From assembly GCA_963827275.1 (NCBI GenBank), contig CAWHAA010000007.1, forward strand, positions 64,001-128,000: 64,000 nucleotides of DNA, in the 5' to 3' direction. The position numbers were made by a program, and so were the translations under genes. The stretch is from an uncultured Spirochaetota bacterium. Lineage in GTDB: Bacteria > Spirochaetota > UBA4802 > UBA5550. This document shows positions 39,376 through 48,907 of the stretch, one piece after another. The notes beneath the pieces were generated by a model. That model ran no database searches, was not told the origin of the DNA, and was given only the letters and a program-made list of their open reading frames with translations. Position 1 is the first letter of the stretch; each line of letters opens with the position of its first letter.

Positions 39376-39381
39376 ACGCCC

Positions 39382-40785
39382 GTGTCGCTCCACGGCTACA
39401 TGCGCGCGCGCCCGGGGGCCGTCGGAAGGCGCCTCTGCTGCGCCGTGATCATCGCCTGCATGGTCCCGTCGGGCGGTTTCGCCGCCCGGAAGCTTGACGG
39501 GGAAACGCTCGGAAAAAAAAAGCGCGGCTGGTATTTTACCGGCATACCCCAGCTCAATTACACCACGGACAACGGCGTCGGCTACGGCGCGGCGGTATAC
39601 TTCTACCACAACGGCAGGGATGAGGACCGGGGGTTTGACGAGACGCCGTACTTCACTCAGCTCTACGCGCAGTTTTACCAGACCACGAACGGGTGGAGCC
39701 AGTATGAGCTCCGCTGGGACCAGTTCCGGCTTTTCGGGACACACCTGAGGGTCCGGGCCTCACTGATGTACGAGAAAAAGTTGAACGCGGCGTATTACGG
39801 GACCGGGGCCGACACGACGCACCGTAATCTCGAGGACGGCAATTTTTCCACCCATGACACCCGTGGTCATTATTACCGGCGCTTTTTAAAGGATGATTAC
39901 GTCAATTACCTCACGGGCAGGTGGTGGCATTTCGTCAATTACAAGTACGACGCGTACCGGTCCGTGCAGCCGCGCGGCTACCTGAACCTCTACGGCAGGT
40001 TTGCCGATGAGACGCCCGTCCTGAAATACTTCACCTACCTTGCCGGCTTCCAGGCGGGCCATATGTCCGTCCGGCGCTGGGACCTGCGCGGCTTCAGGGT
40101 GAACGGCCGCCGGTTCGTGGCGTTCAACCCGACGCGGATTGCCCGGGAACGGCCGGCAGGGTACCGGGGCGGGTGGGCCAATTTCGTCCGCCTGGGCCTC
40201 GCGTTCGATACGCTCGATTTCGAGCCGGACCCGACGCAGGGGGTCAGGATAGAATACTGCCTGGAGACGGCCCAGCGGTTCCTCGGCTCGGACTACATCT
40301 ACTATCGGAATACCGCCGGGCTGCGCTGGCACCAGACCTATTTCAAGGGGTTTTCCCACGCCCTGCGCGTCGCCTATACCACGTCGGCCGGGAACATGCC
40401 CTTTTTTGAAATGAACAAGTTCGCGTTCCTCTGGAACCGCGAAAACGGCCTTGGCGGGGTACGCACCCTCCGGGGGTACCGGGCCGACCGCTTCGTCGGT
40501 AAAACCATGACCCTTGCCGGCTTCGAGCTCCGGTACCATATCGGCGATGTGGTGGTCCCGGTCATCGGGCGTATCGGGTTCAAGCTGGCGGCCTTTGTCG
40601 AGGCGGGTAATGTGTATGACGAGCCGGGCGATCCGTTCGCGCACCCGCGCTGGAATGACTACAAGCTATGCTACGGCGGCGGCCTGCTGCTGCCCTGGAA
40701 CCTGTCCACCGTCCTTCATTGCTACGCCGGCTTCAGCAGGGAAGAGTATTCAATCTCGCTCGATTTCGAGCACGCCATCCGGTGA
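39382..40785 (+). CDS. Omp85/BamA-TamA superfamily outer-membrane beta-barrel (Leptospira-type)
   Basis: GWYFTGIPQLNYTTDNGVGYG, FDTLDFEPDP, LGGVRTLRGYRADRFVG, FELR. Confidence 0.8.
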   Translation: MSLHGYMRARPGAVGRRLCCAVIIACMVPSGGFAARKLDGETLGKKKRGWYFTGIPQLNYTTDNGVGYGAAVYFYHNGRDEDRGFDETPYFTQLYAQFYQTTNGWSQYELRWDQFRLFGTHLRVRASLMYEKKLNAAYYGTGADTTHRNLEDGNFSTHDTRGHYYRRFLKDDYVNYLTGRWWHFVNYKYDAYRSVQPRGYLNLYGRFADETPVLKYFTYLAGFQAGHMSVRRWDLRGFRVNGRRFVAFNPTRIARERPAGYRGGWANFVRLGLAFDTLDFEPDPTQGVRIEYCLETAQRFLGSDYIYYRNTAGLRWHQTYFKGFSHALRVAYTTSAGNMPFFEMNKFAFLWNRENGLGGVRTLRGYRADRFVGKTMTLAGFELRYHIGDVVVPVIGRIGFKLAAFVEAGNVYDEPGDPFAHPRWNDYKLCYGGGLLLPWNLSTVLHCYAGFSREEYSISLDFEHAIR

Positions 40786-40848
40786 GTTTTTGTATTGATT
40801 TTTTTCGCTCCGGGTCGTTAGTGGTATACCGCGAGCCATGAGGTTGCT

Positions 40849-41340
40849 ATGACGCCGATTATCTCCATTGTCGGATGGTCCGGCAGCGGCAAGACCGTCC
40901 TGCTGGAAAAGCTTGTCCCTGAAATGGTCCGCCGCGGCTACCGCGTGGCCACGGCGAAGCACCATCCCCATGACTTTGACATCGACCACGAGGGAAAGGA
41001 CACCTGGCGGCACCGGCAGGCCGGCGCCGCGTGCACGATCATCTCGTCGCACAACCGGATGGCCATGACAAGGGACATGGACCACGACGCGTCCCTGGAG
41101 GAGCTCCGCGACCGCTTTATCAGCGATGTTGACATCGTGATCGCGGAAGGGTTCAAGCGCGAGCGGGTCCCCAAGGTGGAGGTGTACCGGAGCGTTATGA
41201 AGGCGGAGCCGCTCTATAAGACAATAGACGGGGTCATTGCCATCGTCACGGACGCGCCGCTCGAACCGGGCTTTCCTGTCATCGGGCTTGATGACATCGC
41301 GCGGCTCGCTGACCTTATCGTTGAAAGAATGCTGAAATAA
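40849..41340 (+). CDS. mobB: molybdopterin-guanine dinucleotide biosynthesis protein B
   Basis: GWSGSGKT, KHHPHDFDIDHEGKDTWRH, EGFK. Confidence 0.92.
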   Translation: MTPIISIVGWSGSGKTVLLEKLVPEMVRRGYRVATAKHHPHDFDIDHEGKDTWRHRQAGAACTIISSHNRMAMTRDMDHDASLEELRDRFISDVDIVIAEGFKRERVPKVEVYRSVMKAEPLYKTIDGVIAIVTDAPLEPGFPVIGLDDIARLADLIVERMLK

Positions 41341-41352
41341 CAGGGTGCTCTT

Positions 41353-42006
41353 ATGGCAACCATGGCCGACTATCTTTCACGCTGCTTTTCCCTTACCGGC
41401 TCGATCGCGACGGGGAAGTCTTCCGTGGCGGCCATGCTCGAAGGCCTGGGCGCGCATATCGTGGACACCGACCTGATCGCGCGCGAGGTGGTGGAGCCGG
41501 GCAGCCCCGCCCTGCGCGAGATAGAAGGTGCCTTCGGAAAAGATGCGATCAATCCGGACGGCACGCTGAACCGGCAGTGGGTGCGCGACCGGATCATCCG
41601 CGATCCGGGGGAGCGCGGGAGGCTCAATGGCATAACGCACCCCCGCATCCAGCGTATCGTCATGGAGCGCATAGAGCTCTTCGGCGGCATGAAAGACGGC
41701 AGGCCGGTCATCATCGACGTGCCGTTGCTGTACGAAACGGGATGGGACCGGCTATTTCCCCGGGTGATCCTCGTGTACGCACCGGTCCCGGTCCAGGTCC
41801 GGCGGCTGATGGCCCGCGACGGCCTTGACCGGCGCACGGCCGAGCTCACGGTCGCGGCGCAGATGGACATCGAGGAAAAAAAGGCGATGGCCCGCTTCGT
41901 CATCGATAATTCCGGGAGCAGGCAGGAGACGGGGAAGCAGGTTGAGAAGGTGTTCGCCGAGCTGCTCGGCATGTTACGTGAGGGAGGGGCCGGATATGAA
42001 GCATGA
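41353..42006 (+). CDS. coaE: dephospho-CoA kinase
   Basis: LTGSIATGKS, DTDLIAREVV, ITHPRI, DVPLLYE, VIDNSG. Confidence 0.93.
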   Translation: MATMADYLSRCFSLTGSIATGKSSVAAMLEGLGAHIVDTDLIAREVVEPGSPALREIEGAFGKDAINPDGTLNRQWVRDRIIRDPGERGRLNGITHPRIQRIVMERIELFGGMKDGRPVIIDVPLLYETGWDRLFPRVILVYAPVPVQVRRLMARDGLDRRTAELTVAAQMDIEEKKAMARFVIDNSGSRQETGKQVEKVFAELLGMLREGGAGYEA

Positions 42007-42691
42007 AAAAGCGGAAACGGGCGTAACAACGGGGGCCGTGCCCCCGTTCATGATCGTCATCGGCACCGCGCTGCTCGTCCAGCTCGCGGGGAGCTACCAC
42101 GCGAGGTCCCTGGTCGTCGGCGAGTATTTTTTTCTCGGGTGGGTGCTGCTCCGGATCGCGGTGCCGGTCGCCGTGCTCGCGGCCCTCGGGGTGCCGTTTT
42201 CAAGGATCGGCCTCGGCCTTCCCCAATTTGACCGCACGACGCGGCGTACCATGCTTGTCGCGGCCGCACTCCTGCTCCTCGCGTTCGCAGCGATCTATTT
42301 CTTCCGCGGGTATTTCAGCTTTTATTCGAACGCCTTCGGCGGCGCCGGCGCCGGGGCGGCCGCCCGCTTTGCCAACTTCATGATCTTTACCGGGTCCACG
42401 CTCACCGGGTGGGAGTTTCTCCACCGCGGCTTTCTCCTCATGGGCCTTTTGTATCTGCTCGCCGGGCGGGAGCAGGTGCGGCCCGAGACCGCCGCGAAGA
42501 TGGCGATCGCGGTGGTCTGGGTTTTCGAGGTCGTGTTCCATTTTATCAAGCCCGAGCTCGAGGCGCTCGGGATGCTCGCGGGGTCGCCGTTCCTCTCCTG
42601 GCTCGCCCTGCGCACGAAAAGCATCTGGCCGCCCTTCCTGGTGCATCTCCTGGTGGAGCTGCTTTTCATCGCCGTACTCATACTGCAATGA
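41996..42691 (+). CDS. CPBP/Abi-family intramembrane protease-like protein
   Basis: Multi-TM; WEFLHRGFL, FEVVFH..KP..E, RTKSIW...VH. Confidence 0.7.
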   Translation: MKHEKAETGVTTGAVPPFMIVIGTALLVQLAGSYHARSLVVGEYFFLGWVLLRIAVPVAVLAALGVPFSRIGLGLPQFDRTTRRTMLVAAALLLLAFAAIYFFRGYFSFYSNAFGGAGAGAAARFANFMIFTGSTLTGWEFLHRGFLLMGLLYLLAGREQVRPETAAKMAIAVVWVFEVVFHFIKPELEALGMLAGSPFLSWLALRTKSIWPPFLVHLLVELLFIAVLILQ

Positions 42692-42697
42692 CGCGTT

Positions 42698-43804
42698 ATG
42701 GATATACTGAGCCTGTCGTTCATCTCCGCGGCGTTCATATTTTTTTCCGCGGGCCTGTCGCTCCTGCTGGGTATCGGCCAGCTGTGCGGACGGCGGCGTT
42801 ATTTTGAAAATTATGTCCTCGCTTCGTATCTATTCTGCCTGAGCGTCATCTTTTTCCAGGTCTGCGTGATCGTGAACGACGTCTATCCCGGGCACCCGGG
42901 ACTGCTCGTTTTCCATGCCACCGCCCTCTACTTCATGGCGCCCATCGTCTATTGCGCCGATTACCTGGTGATCCTTCCCGTGGAGAGCATGCCGCGGAAG
43001 ATGGCGCTGCTCTTCCTCCCGGTGGGCATAGGGCTCGCGGCCGATCTCTGCTATATCGCGATGCCGGACGCGGCCAGGGCGGCGCTCCTTGCCGGCCTCT
43101 TTGCCGGGTCAAGCGACGGGCCGGTCGTCGCCGCCCGGCTGGTGATCGCTGGCGCGGGCGTCCAGATGCTGGCATACCTCGCCTTCCTTTTCAGGAAGAT
43201 GGCGACCACCAGGGTGAAGGGAGAGAACATCATGATCTTTTACCTGATGATCTCGAGCGTTGTTGTCGTCGCGGGGCTTGCCGTCATCATCATCCTGGGC
43301 TACCTGCTCGGTTCATACACGCTGCTACGCTGGGGGACAAACCTCACGGGCCTGCTGGTTATCTGCGCCTACCTGGCGAGCCAGCGGTTTCCGAAGATAC
43401 TGCAGCTGCTCATGTTCGAGGCCGAGAAGCGCCACGCGGCCCGGCCGCTGCTCGGCCAGCTCGATGTCGATGCCCTCATCGCCCGCCTGGGGGTCCTTAT
43501 GGATAGTGAATGCCTCTATGCCGATGACCAGCTTACCCTCCGCGACCTTGCCGACGAGCTTTCCATCACCCCGCACCAGCTTTCGCAGCTCCTGAACGAG
43601 CGGCTGCATACGGGTTTCAGCGCGTTTATCAACCGGCGCAGGATCGAGGAGGCAAAGAGATTGCTCCTGGAAGAGCCCGGGAAAACCGTCCTCGTCATAT
43701 CGATGGAGGTTGGATTTAACTCGAAATCGGCTTTCTACGAGGCATTTCTGAAATTTACCGGGATGACGCCACAGGTGTTCAGAAAAAGGGGCGGAGGCGG
43801 ATAA
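42698..43804 (+). CDS. membrane-anchored AraC-family regulator
   Basis: About 7 TM helices followed by LTLRDLADELSITPHQLSQLLN and VGFNSKSAFYEAF. Confidence 0.9.
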   Translation: MDILSLSFISAAFIFFSAGLSLLLGIGQLCGRRRYFENYVLASYLFCLSVIFFQVCVIVNDVYPGHPGLLVFHATALYFMAPIVYCADYLVILPVESMPRKMALLFLPVGIGLAADLCYIAMPDAARAALLAGLFAGSSDGPVVAARLVIAGAGVQMLAYLAFLFRKMATTRVKGENIMIFYLMISSVVVVAGLAVIIILGYLLGSYTLLRWGTNLTGLLVICAYLASQRFPKILQLLMFEAEKRHAARPLLGQLDVDALIARLGVLMDSECLYADDQLTLRDLADELSITPHQLSQLLNERLHTGFSAFINRRRIEEAKRLLLEEPGKTVLVISMEVGFNSKSAFYEAFLKFTGMTPQVFRKRGGGG

Positions 43805-43898
43805 TAAAAAAAATTGCGGAACTTCCTCATTTCGATAGACAGAAATTAATGTTCATGCCAGACTGTCTGGTTGTCCAGAAAATGCCAGGAGCGGTGAT

Positions 43899-45713
43899 TT
43901 GAATCTTCTATCCATCCTTCATTTTTCATCTTTCCTCGTCTATTCGTACCTGGGCATGGCGACCTATCGCCTTAATAAAAAATCGCCCGTGAACAGGATA
44001 ATGCTCCTGCTCTGCCTGTTCCTCGCCGCCTGGGCGGCCTCCTACGGCTTTATGCACGCCACCGTTGACCGGCAGGCAGCCTTTCGCTGGCACCAGGTCT
44101 CGGCCATCGGGTGGAACCTGTTCATCCCCCTGCTCCTGCACCTGTGCCTCCTGGTTGCCCGCAGGGGCAGGTATCTCAAGACCTGGATGATCCTTCTCAT
44201 GTACGGCCCGGCGCTGGCGAATATCATTGTAGCCGTTTTTTTCATGCTGGACCCCGTGATGCTCCGCAGGCTCCCGGGCGGGTGGACCGCCGTGTATGAT
44301 GTCTTCTATCCGCAGATATACCTGTTCGTCGCCTGTTCGGCGGTATATTTCGGTACCGGCATGTACTTTCTGTATAAATGGGGGAGCAAGGCCCATCTAA
44401 AGAGAGAAAGAAAGCAGATGTGGATCATACTTATCACTTCCACCGTATCATTGTTGCTTGCCTTGATCACCGATAACATTCTGCCGGTCCTCAAAATTGA
44501 CGGGATACCGCTTATGGGGCCGCTGATGGGGACCGTCTGGGTGCTGGGCCAGTGGGTGGCGATAAAAAAATACCGCTTGATGACTCTCGACACCTCCATT
44601 GCGGCCAGCGAGATCATCAAGAGCATGAAAGACCTGATGGTCATGGTGAATTATCATGGCAGGATCAGCGACGTGAGCCCCCGCACGTGCGAGATACTCG
44701 GGTACGGCGCCGCGGAGCTGAAAGGCCAGCCGGTCAACATGCTGGTTGCTGAGAAAAAGACCCTGGCAGATGAATTGCGTTACTTTGAAGAGCCCGCCCG
44801 GGAGAACCGTGTTTTTGATATCTACTTAAAGAAAAAAGCCGGCGGCACCATCCCCGTCCGCATGTCCGGGTCCGCGATCCGCGACAGAGAGGGCGACCTG
44901 CTCGGCATCGTCTTTGTCGGGTATGACCTGCGGGAAACGCGAAAACTGCTTGAAATGCAGTCCAGCATTGACCAGGACATGGACATGGCGGCGCACGTGC
45001 AGGCGGGTATCCTTCCCGCGCGGCCTCCCGAATCCACGGAATGGGACCTCTTTTTCATCTTCAAGCCGGTGACGCCGGTATCGGGCGACTTTTATGACTT
45101 TTACATGTCGGGGGACACGCTGCACGGTATTTCAATGTTTGATGTGTCGGGCCACGGTGTGTCCGCGGGGCTCATCACCATGATCGCGAAATCAATCGTA
45201 TTCCGCGTCTTTAAGAACTCGGAGCGCTTTCCCCTGAACAATCTCCTGGAGCGGGTGAACGAGGAGCTCGTCAAGGAGATCGGACACCTTGAAAACTTTC
45301 TGACCGGGGTCATCCTGCGTTTCAAGGGGGACAGCGTGGAGTATGTCAATGCCGGCCATACCCAGCTGCTCTGCAGGCGCGCGGGAGACGGTTCGGTCTC
45401 AATCATCAACCGGGATGACGCCGATTTCAGGGGCCCGTTTCTCGGCGTGCCGGACATGGTGACGAAATTCAAGCTCATGGGATTTACCGTATCGCCCGGC
45501 GACCAGATCCTTATTTATTCAGACGCCCTGATAGAGGCACGGGGCGAGGACAACAAGCATTACGGCCTGGCGCGCCTCATGGACGCATTCAGGGGCGCGC
45601 CCGCCGGCACGTCAAAAGATACGACCGATTATATCATACATGATGTTAAACAGTTCCTCCGCGAGCGGCCGTTCAGGGATGATCTCACCGTCATCCTGCT
45701 TACCAGAAAATAA
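43899..45713 (+). CDS. HisKA_7TM-PAS-SpoIIE (PP2C) phosphatase
   Basis: 7TM N-terminus, PAS, VSGDFYD, DVSGHG, NAGH, YSDALIE, DDLTVI. Confidence 0.88.
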   Translation: MNLLSILHFSSFLVYSYLGMATYRLNKKSPVNRIMLLLCLFLAAWAASYGFMHATVDRQAAFRWHQVSAIGWNLFIPLLLHLCLLVARRGRYLKTWMILLMYGPALANIIVAVFFMLDPVMLRRLPGGWTAVYDVFYPQIYLFVACSAVYFGTGMYFLYKWGSKAHLKRERKQMWIILITSTVSLLLALITDNILPVLKIDGIPLMGPLMGTVWVLGQWVAIKKYRLMTLDTSIAASEIIKSMKDLMVMVNYHGRISDVSPRTCEILGYGAAELKGQPVNMLVAEKKTLADELRYFEEPARENRVFDIYLKKKAGGTIPVRMSGSAIRDREGDLLGIVFVGYDLRETRKLLEMQSSIDQDMDMAAHVQAGILPARPPESTEWDLFFIFKPVTPVSGDFYDFYMSGDTLHGISMFDVSGHGVSAGLITMIAKSIVFRVFKNSERFPLNNLLERVNEELVKEIGHLENFLTGVILRFKGDSVEYVNAGHTQLLCRRAGDGSVSIINRDDADFRGPFLGVPDMVTKFKLMGFTVSPGDQILIYSDALIEARGEDNKHYGLARLMDAFRGAPAGTSKDTTDYIIHDVKQFLRERPFRDDLTVILLTRK

Positions 45714-45765
45714 AAAAATCATCCAGATTCAAAAAAGAAGCAAATCCTTCCGGTTTAAATAATTC

Positions 45766-45789
45766 CGTCCGGATTTATCATTCCAGACG
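45766..45789. promoter_or_regulatory. imperfect palindrome, candidate regulator site
   Basis: CGTCCGGA-TTTATCAT-TCCAGACG about 80 bp upstream of the GMC operon. Confidence 0.45.
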
Positions 45790-45870
45790 ACAAGATCTGA
45801 AAAGCGGTCTATGATTTAACTGAAATTATCGGTGTGTCGCCCGAAACCACACCGAGGGGGGCGTTGCGGC

Positions 45871-46293
45871 ATGAAAACGATACGCAGTCAAAAGGCGGAC
45901 TTGAAAATGCTTCACGGGAAGAACGGGGCCATCCTCGCAGCGGTGATGAACGCCATCATCCCGCGGGGCGGCGCTTTCCCGCCCGGGGCCGCGGACCGCG
46001 ACCTCCTGGTCCGCGCGGATGAAATGCTGGCGCGGTATGATCCGGCCATCAGGGCCCTGTTCCCGCTGATGCTGAGATACATTCAATATACCGCGGTAGT
46101 GCGCACGGGGCGGGTGTTCACCGCGCTCGATGATACCCGGGGCGCGGCGTTTCTCTCGGCGATGGAACGGAGCCCCTTCTTTTTCCGACGCTCGATCATT
46201 CTCCTGATGAAGCTGGTGACAATGCTTTCGTTTTACGAGGATGATGAAATGTCGCGGCTCACAGGGTACCGGCACGGATGCCATCTCAAATAA
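45871..46293 (+). CDS. small GMC-oxidoreductase partner (gluconate 2-dehydrogenase subunit 3-like)
   Basis: IIPRGGAFPPGA...FTAL...LSFYED...GY pattern; directly upstream of the GMC gene. Confidence 0.6.
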   Translation: MKTIRSQKADLKMLHGKNGAILAAVMNAIIPRGGAFPPGAADRDLLVRADEMLARYDPAIRALFPLMLRYIQYTAVVRTGRVFTALDDTRGAAFLSAMERSPFFFRRSIILLMKLVTMLSFYEDDEMSRLTGYRHGCHLK

Positions 46294-46319
46294 TCAAGAC
46301 ATGACTACGGGTGGGTGCC

Positions 46320-47840
46320 ATGATTCGAACATACAGGGATTATAAAGACGGCTTTGCCGAAAGCTGCGAGGTCTGCGTCATCGGCAGCGGGCCGGGGGGC
46401 GGCGTGGTCGCGAAGGAGCTGGCCGAGAAGGGCCGCGACGTGGTCCTTCTCGAAGAGGGCGGCCATGTCACCGCGGCGGACTGGGACGGCAGGCCCGCCC
46501 GCGGTCTCAGGGAAATGTACCGCGGCTGCGGGACGACGGGGACCCTGGGGAACCCCTTCATCTCCCTCACGCTCGGGAAGTGCATCGGCGGCACCAGCAC
46601 GGTGAATTCAGCGACCTGCTTCAGAACGCCGGGGCCGGTGTTGAAGAAGTGGCGCGACGAGCTGGGTCTCGGCGCCATGACGGAAGGGACGCTCGCCCCC
46701 TATTTTGACCGGGTCGAGAAGGTCGTCAACGTGACCGAGCTGCCGTGGGACGTGCTGGGAAACAACGCGAAAATCGTAAAGCGCGGGTGCGATATCCTCG
46801 GCTATAACTGCAGGCCGCTCAGGCACAACGTGAGGGCGTGCAAGGGGTGCGGGACCTGCCAGTTCGGCTGCCAGGAGAACGCCAAGCAGAGCGTGAACGT
46901 CACCTATGTCCCGCTCGCGGACGGGTTCGGCGCGCGCATCTACGCGAATTGCCGGGCCGGGCGGATCGTCGTGTCAGGCGGGGCCGCAACCGGTGTCGAG
47001 GCCGTAACGGTCGATCCGGAGACCGGCAGGAGCACGGGGACGGTTTCGGTCAGGGCCAAGGTCGTCGTGGTCTCGTGCGGCGCCATGATAACGCCGTCGT
47101 TCCTCCGGCGGAGCGGGCTGAAGAACCGGCACCTCGGCAGGCACCTGCAGATACATCCCGCCGGCAGGGTCGTGGCGCTCATGGATGAGGTCGTGGAGGG
47201 GTGGAAGGGCGTGTCCCAGGGCGCGTACATCGATGACTTCGAGGGTGAAGGGATCATGATGGAAGGCGTCATGGTGCACCCGTCGCTGCTGCTCGCCGCG
47301 CTTCCCGGCGTCGGCCGCGAACACAAGGAGATCGCGGTGAAGTACAACAACCTTGCCGTATTCGGGGTGATGGCCCACGACGAGACCGAGGGAAGGGTGC
47401 TGAAGGGTTCCGGGAAGAAGGGCGGGGGGATAACCGCCCTCTACCGGATACGGAGGGCCGACACGGACAAGCTCAAACGGGGGATCGCCTACCTTGCGAA
47501 AATATTCTTTGCCGCGGGCGCGCGGCGCGTGTACACCTCGATATCGAGCATGCCGGTGCTCGATTCGGCGGGCGACGCGGACCGCCTCCTTGGCCTCAGG
47601 GTGAAGCCGAACCAGGTCGAAACCATGGCGTTCCATCCCCTCGGCACGTGCCGCATGGCTGCCGGTCCCGCCCTGGGCCCGGTGGGACCCTGCGGCGAGA
47701 CGTTCGAGGTCAGGAACCTCTACGTGGCCGACGCGAGCATCATCCCTACCTCGCTCGGGGTTAACCCGCAGATAACCATCATGGCCCTGTCCAATTACGT
47801 GGCGGACGGCATCGACCGGCGGCTCGGCGCGTCCCGGTGA
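46320..47840 (+). CDS. GMC family oxidoreductase (long-chain alcohol oxidase-like)
   Basis: VIGSGPGG, GGTSTVNS, CKGCGTCQFGC, HPLGTCRM, GVNPQITIM. Confidence 0.9.
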   Translation: MIRTYRDYKDGFAESCEVCVIGSGPGGGVVAKELAEKGRDVVLLEEGGHVTAADWDGRPARGLREMYRGCGTTGTLGNPFISLTLGKCIGGTSTVNSATCFRTPGPVLKKWRDELGLGAMTEGTLAPYFDRVEKVVNVTELPWDVLGNNAKIVKRGCDILGYNCRPLRHNVRACKGCGTCQFGCQENAKQSVNVTYVPLADGFGARIYANCRAGRIVVSGGAATGVEAVTVDPETGRSTGTVSVRAKVVVVSCGAMITPSFLRRSGLKNRHLGRHLQIHPAGRVVALMDEVVEGWKGVSQGAYIDDFEGEGIMMEGVMVHPSLLLAALPGVGREHKEIAVKYNNLAVFGVMAHDETEGRVLKGSGKKGGGITALYRIRRADTDKLKRGIAYLAKIFFAAGARRVYTSISSMPVLDSAGDADRLLGLRVKPNQVETMAFHPLGTCRMAAGPALGPVGPCGETFEVRNLYVADASIIPTSLGVNPQITIMALSNYVADGIDRRLGASR

Positions 47841-47981
47841 CCGGCACCCGGCGCAATAATCATTGACAGGGAACCCTTGCCGGGGTATGATTACCGGGCC
47901 ACTACCGGGGGCCCCGGCACGCCCGCGCGGGTCGCGTGGCATGCCGCGGATCTGATGTTATCACAAAGAGGTGCGCCAGTT

Positions 47982-48620
47982 ATGAAAAGCGGAACGAACG
48001 CCTGTATCAACCTTGCCGGCGCAGTCGCGGTGGCGGTCATGCTTGTTTCCTGCTCCACTTCAAAGATTTCGATGAACAGGGCCGAGCTGGAAAAGGTGAA
48101 CACGATTGCCATAACGGATTTTGATGTTGCGCCGGGCCTTCCGGCGATGCTCGCGACCGAGTGCGAGGAGGCCTTTCGCGGCCATTTCCTTGACGCGGGA
48201 AAGAGCGTGGTCGAGCGCGCCAAGCTCAGGACCGTCATGAGGGAGATAGAGCGCTCGCAGTCGGGGCTGGTGTCCAGCTCCGAGGAGATCGGGCGGCTCA
48301 CCGGCGCACAGGCGCTCATGTTCGGCACCATCACCAGGAACGGCGAAGAAACGAAGCGGGTCGAATATATCGAGTACGTGAAGAACCCGGTCACCAAGGA
48401 GACCGACAAGATAAAGAAGACCAGGAGAAAGAAATTTTTTACTTTCCAGCTCCAGGGCCGGCTGATATCAACATCGAGCGGCTCGACCATCCTCACCATA
48501 AAGAATGAGAACCCCGAGCGCTCCTACGAGATGACCGACTCGATGACGCTGAACAGGTTCAGGGAGAACATCCTCAACCAGATGGGGAAAGACCTGAAAA
48601 AGGCGATGGAGAAGAAGTAG
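47982..48620 (+). CDS. CsgG/HfaB-like lipoprotein
   Basis: Lipobox LVSC, IAITDF, VVERAKLRTVMRE...SGLV...IGRLTGAQALMFG. Confidence 0.7.
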   Translation: MKSGTNACINLAGAVAVAVMLVSCSTSKISMNRAELEKVNTIAITDFDVAPGLPAMLATECEEAFRGHFLDAGKSVVERAKLRTVMREIERSQSGLVSSSEEIGRLTGAQALMFGTITRNGEETKRVEYIEYVKNPVTKETDKIKKTRRKKFFTFQLQGRLISTSSGSTILTIKNENPERSYEMTDSMTLNRFRENILNQMGKDLKKAMEKK

Positions 48621-48678
48621 CAGCTTGCTGCGAAGGTCCCATGGCGCTTTTGTGATGGCCTGTTATCCGGGTAACCCG

Positions 48679-48854
48679 GGATAACCGATAACTATCGGCG
48701 GGATAACCGATAACTATCGGCGGGATTACCGATAACTATCGGCAGGATAACCGATAACTATCGGCAGGATAACCGATAACTATCGGCAGGATAACCGATA
48801 ACTATCGGCGGGATAACCGATAACTATCGGCGGAATAACCGATAACTATCGGTA
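48679..48854. repeat. tandem array of 8 x 22 bp, consensus GGATAACCGATAACTATCGGC(G/A), each unit carrying the palindrome CCGATA-AC-TATCGG
   Basis: Units start at 48679, 48701, 48723, 48745, 48767, 48789, 48811, 48833; the palindromic core is invariant. Confidence 0.97.
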
Positions 48855-48907
48855 GATACCCCACCGGCGAGGCCAGCCGGCCCCGCCGTGCCTGTGTCGC
48901 CGCGTAT

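Noticed and set aside
48679..48854. CRISPR array
   Set aside because: Linkers are only 8 bp and nearly identical; no unique spacers and no cas genes in the window
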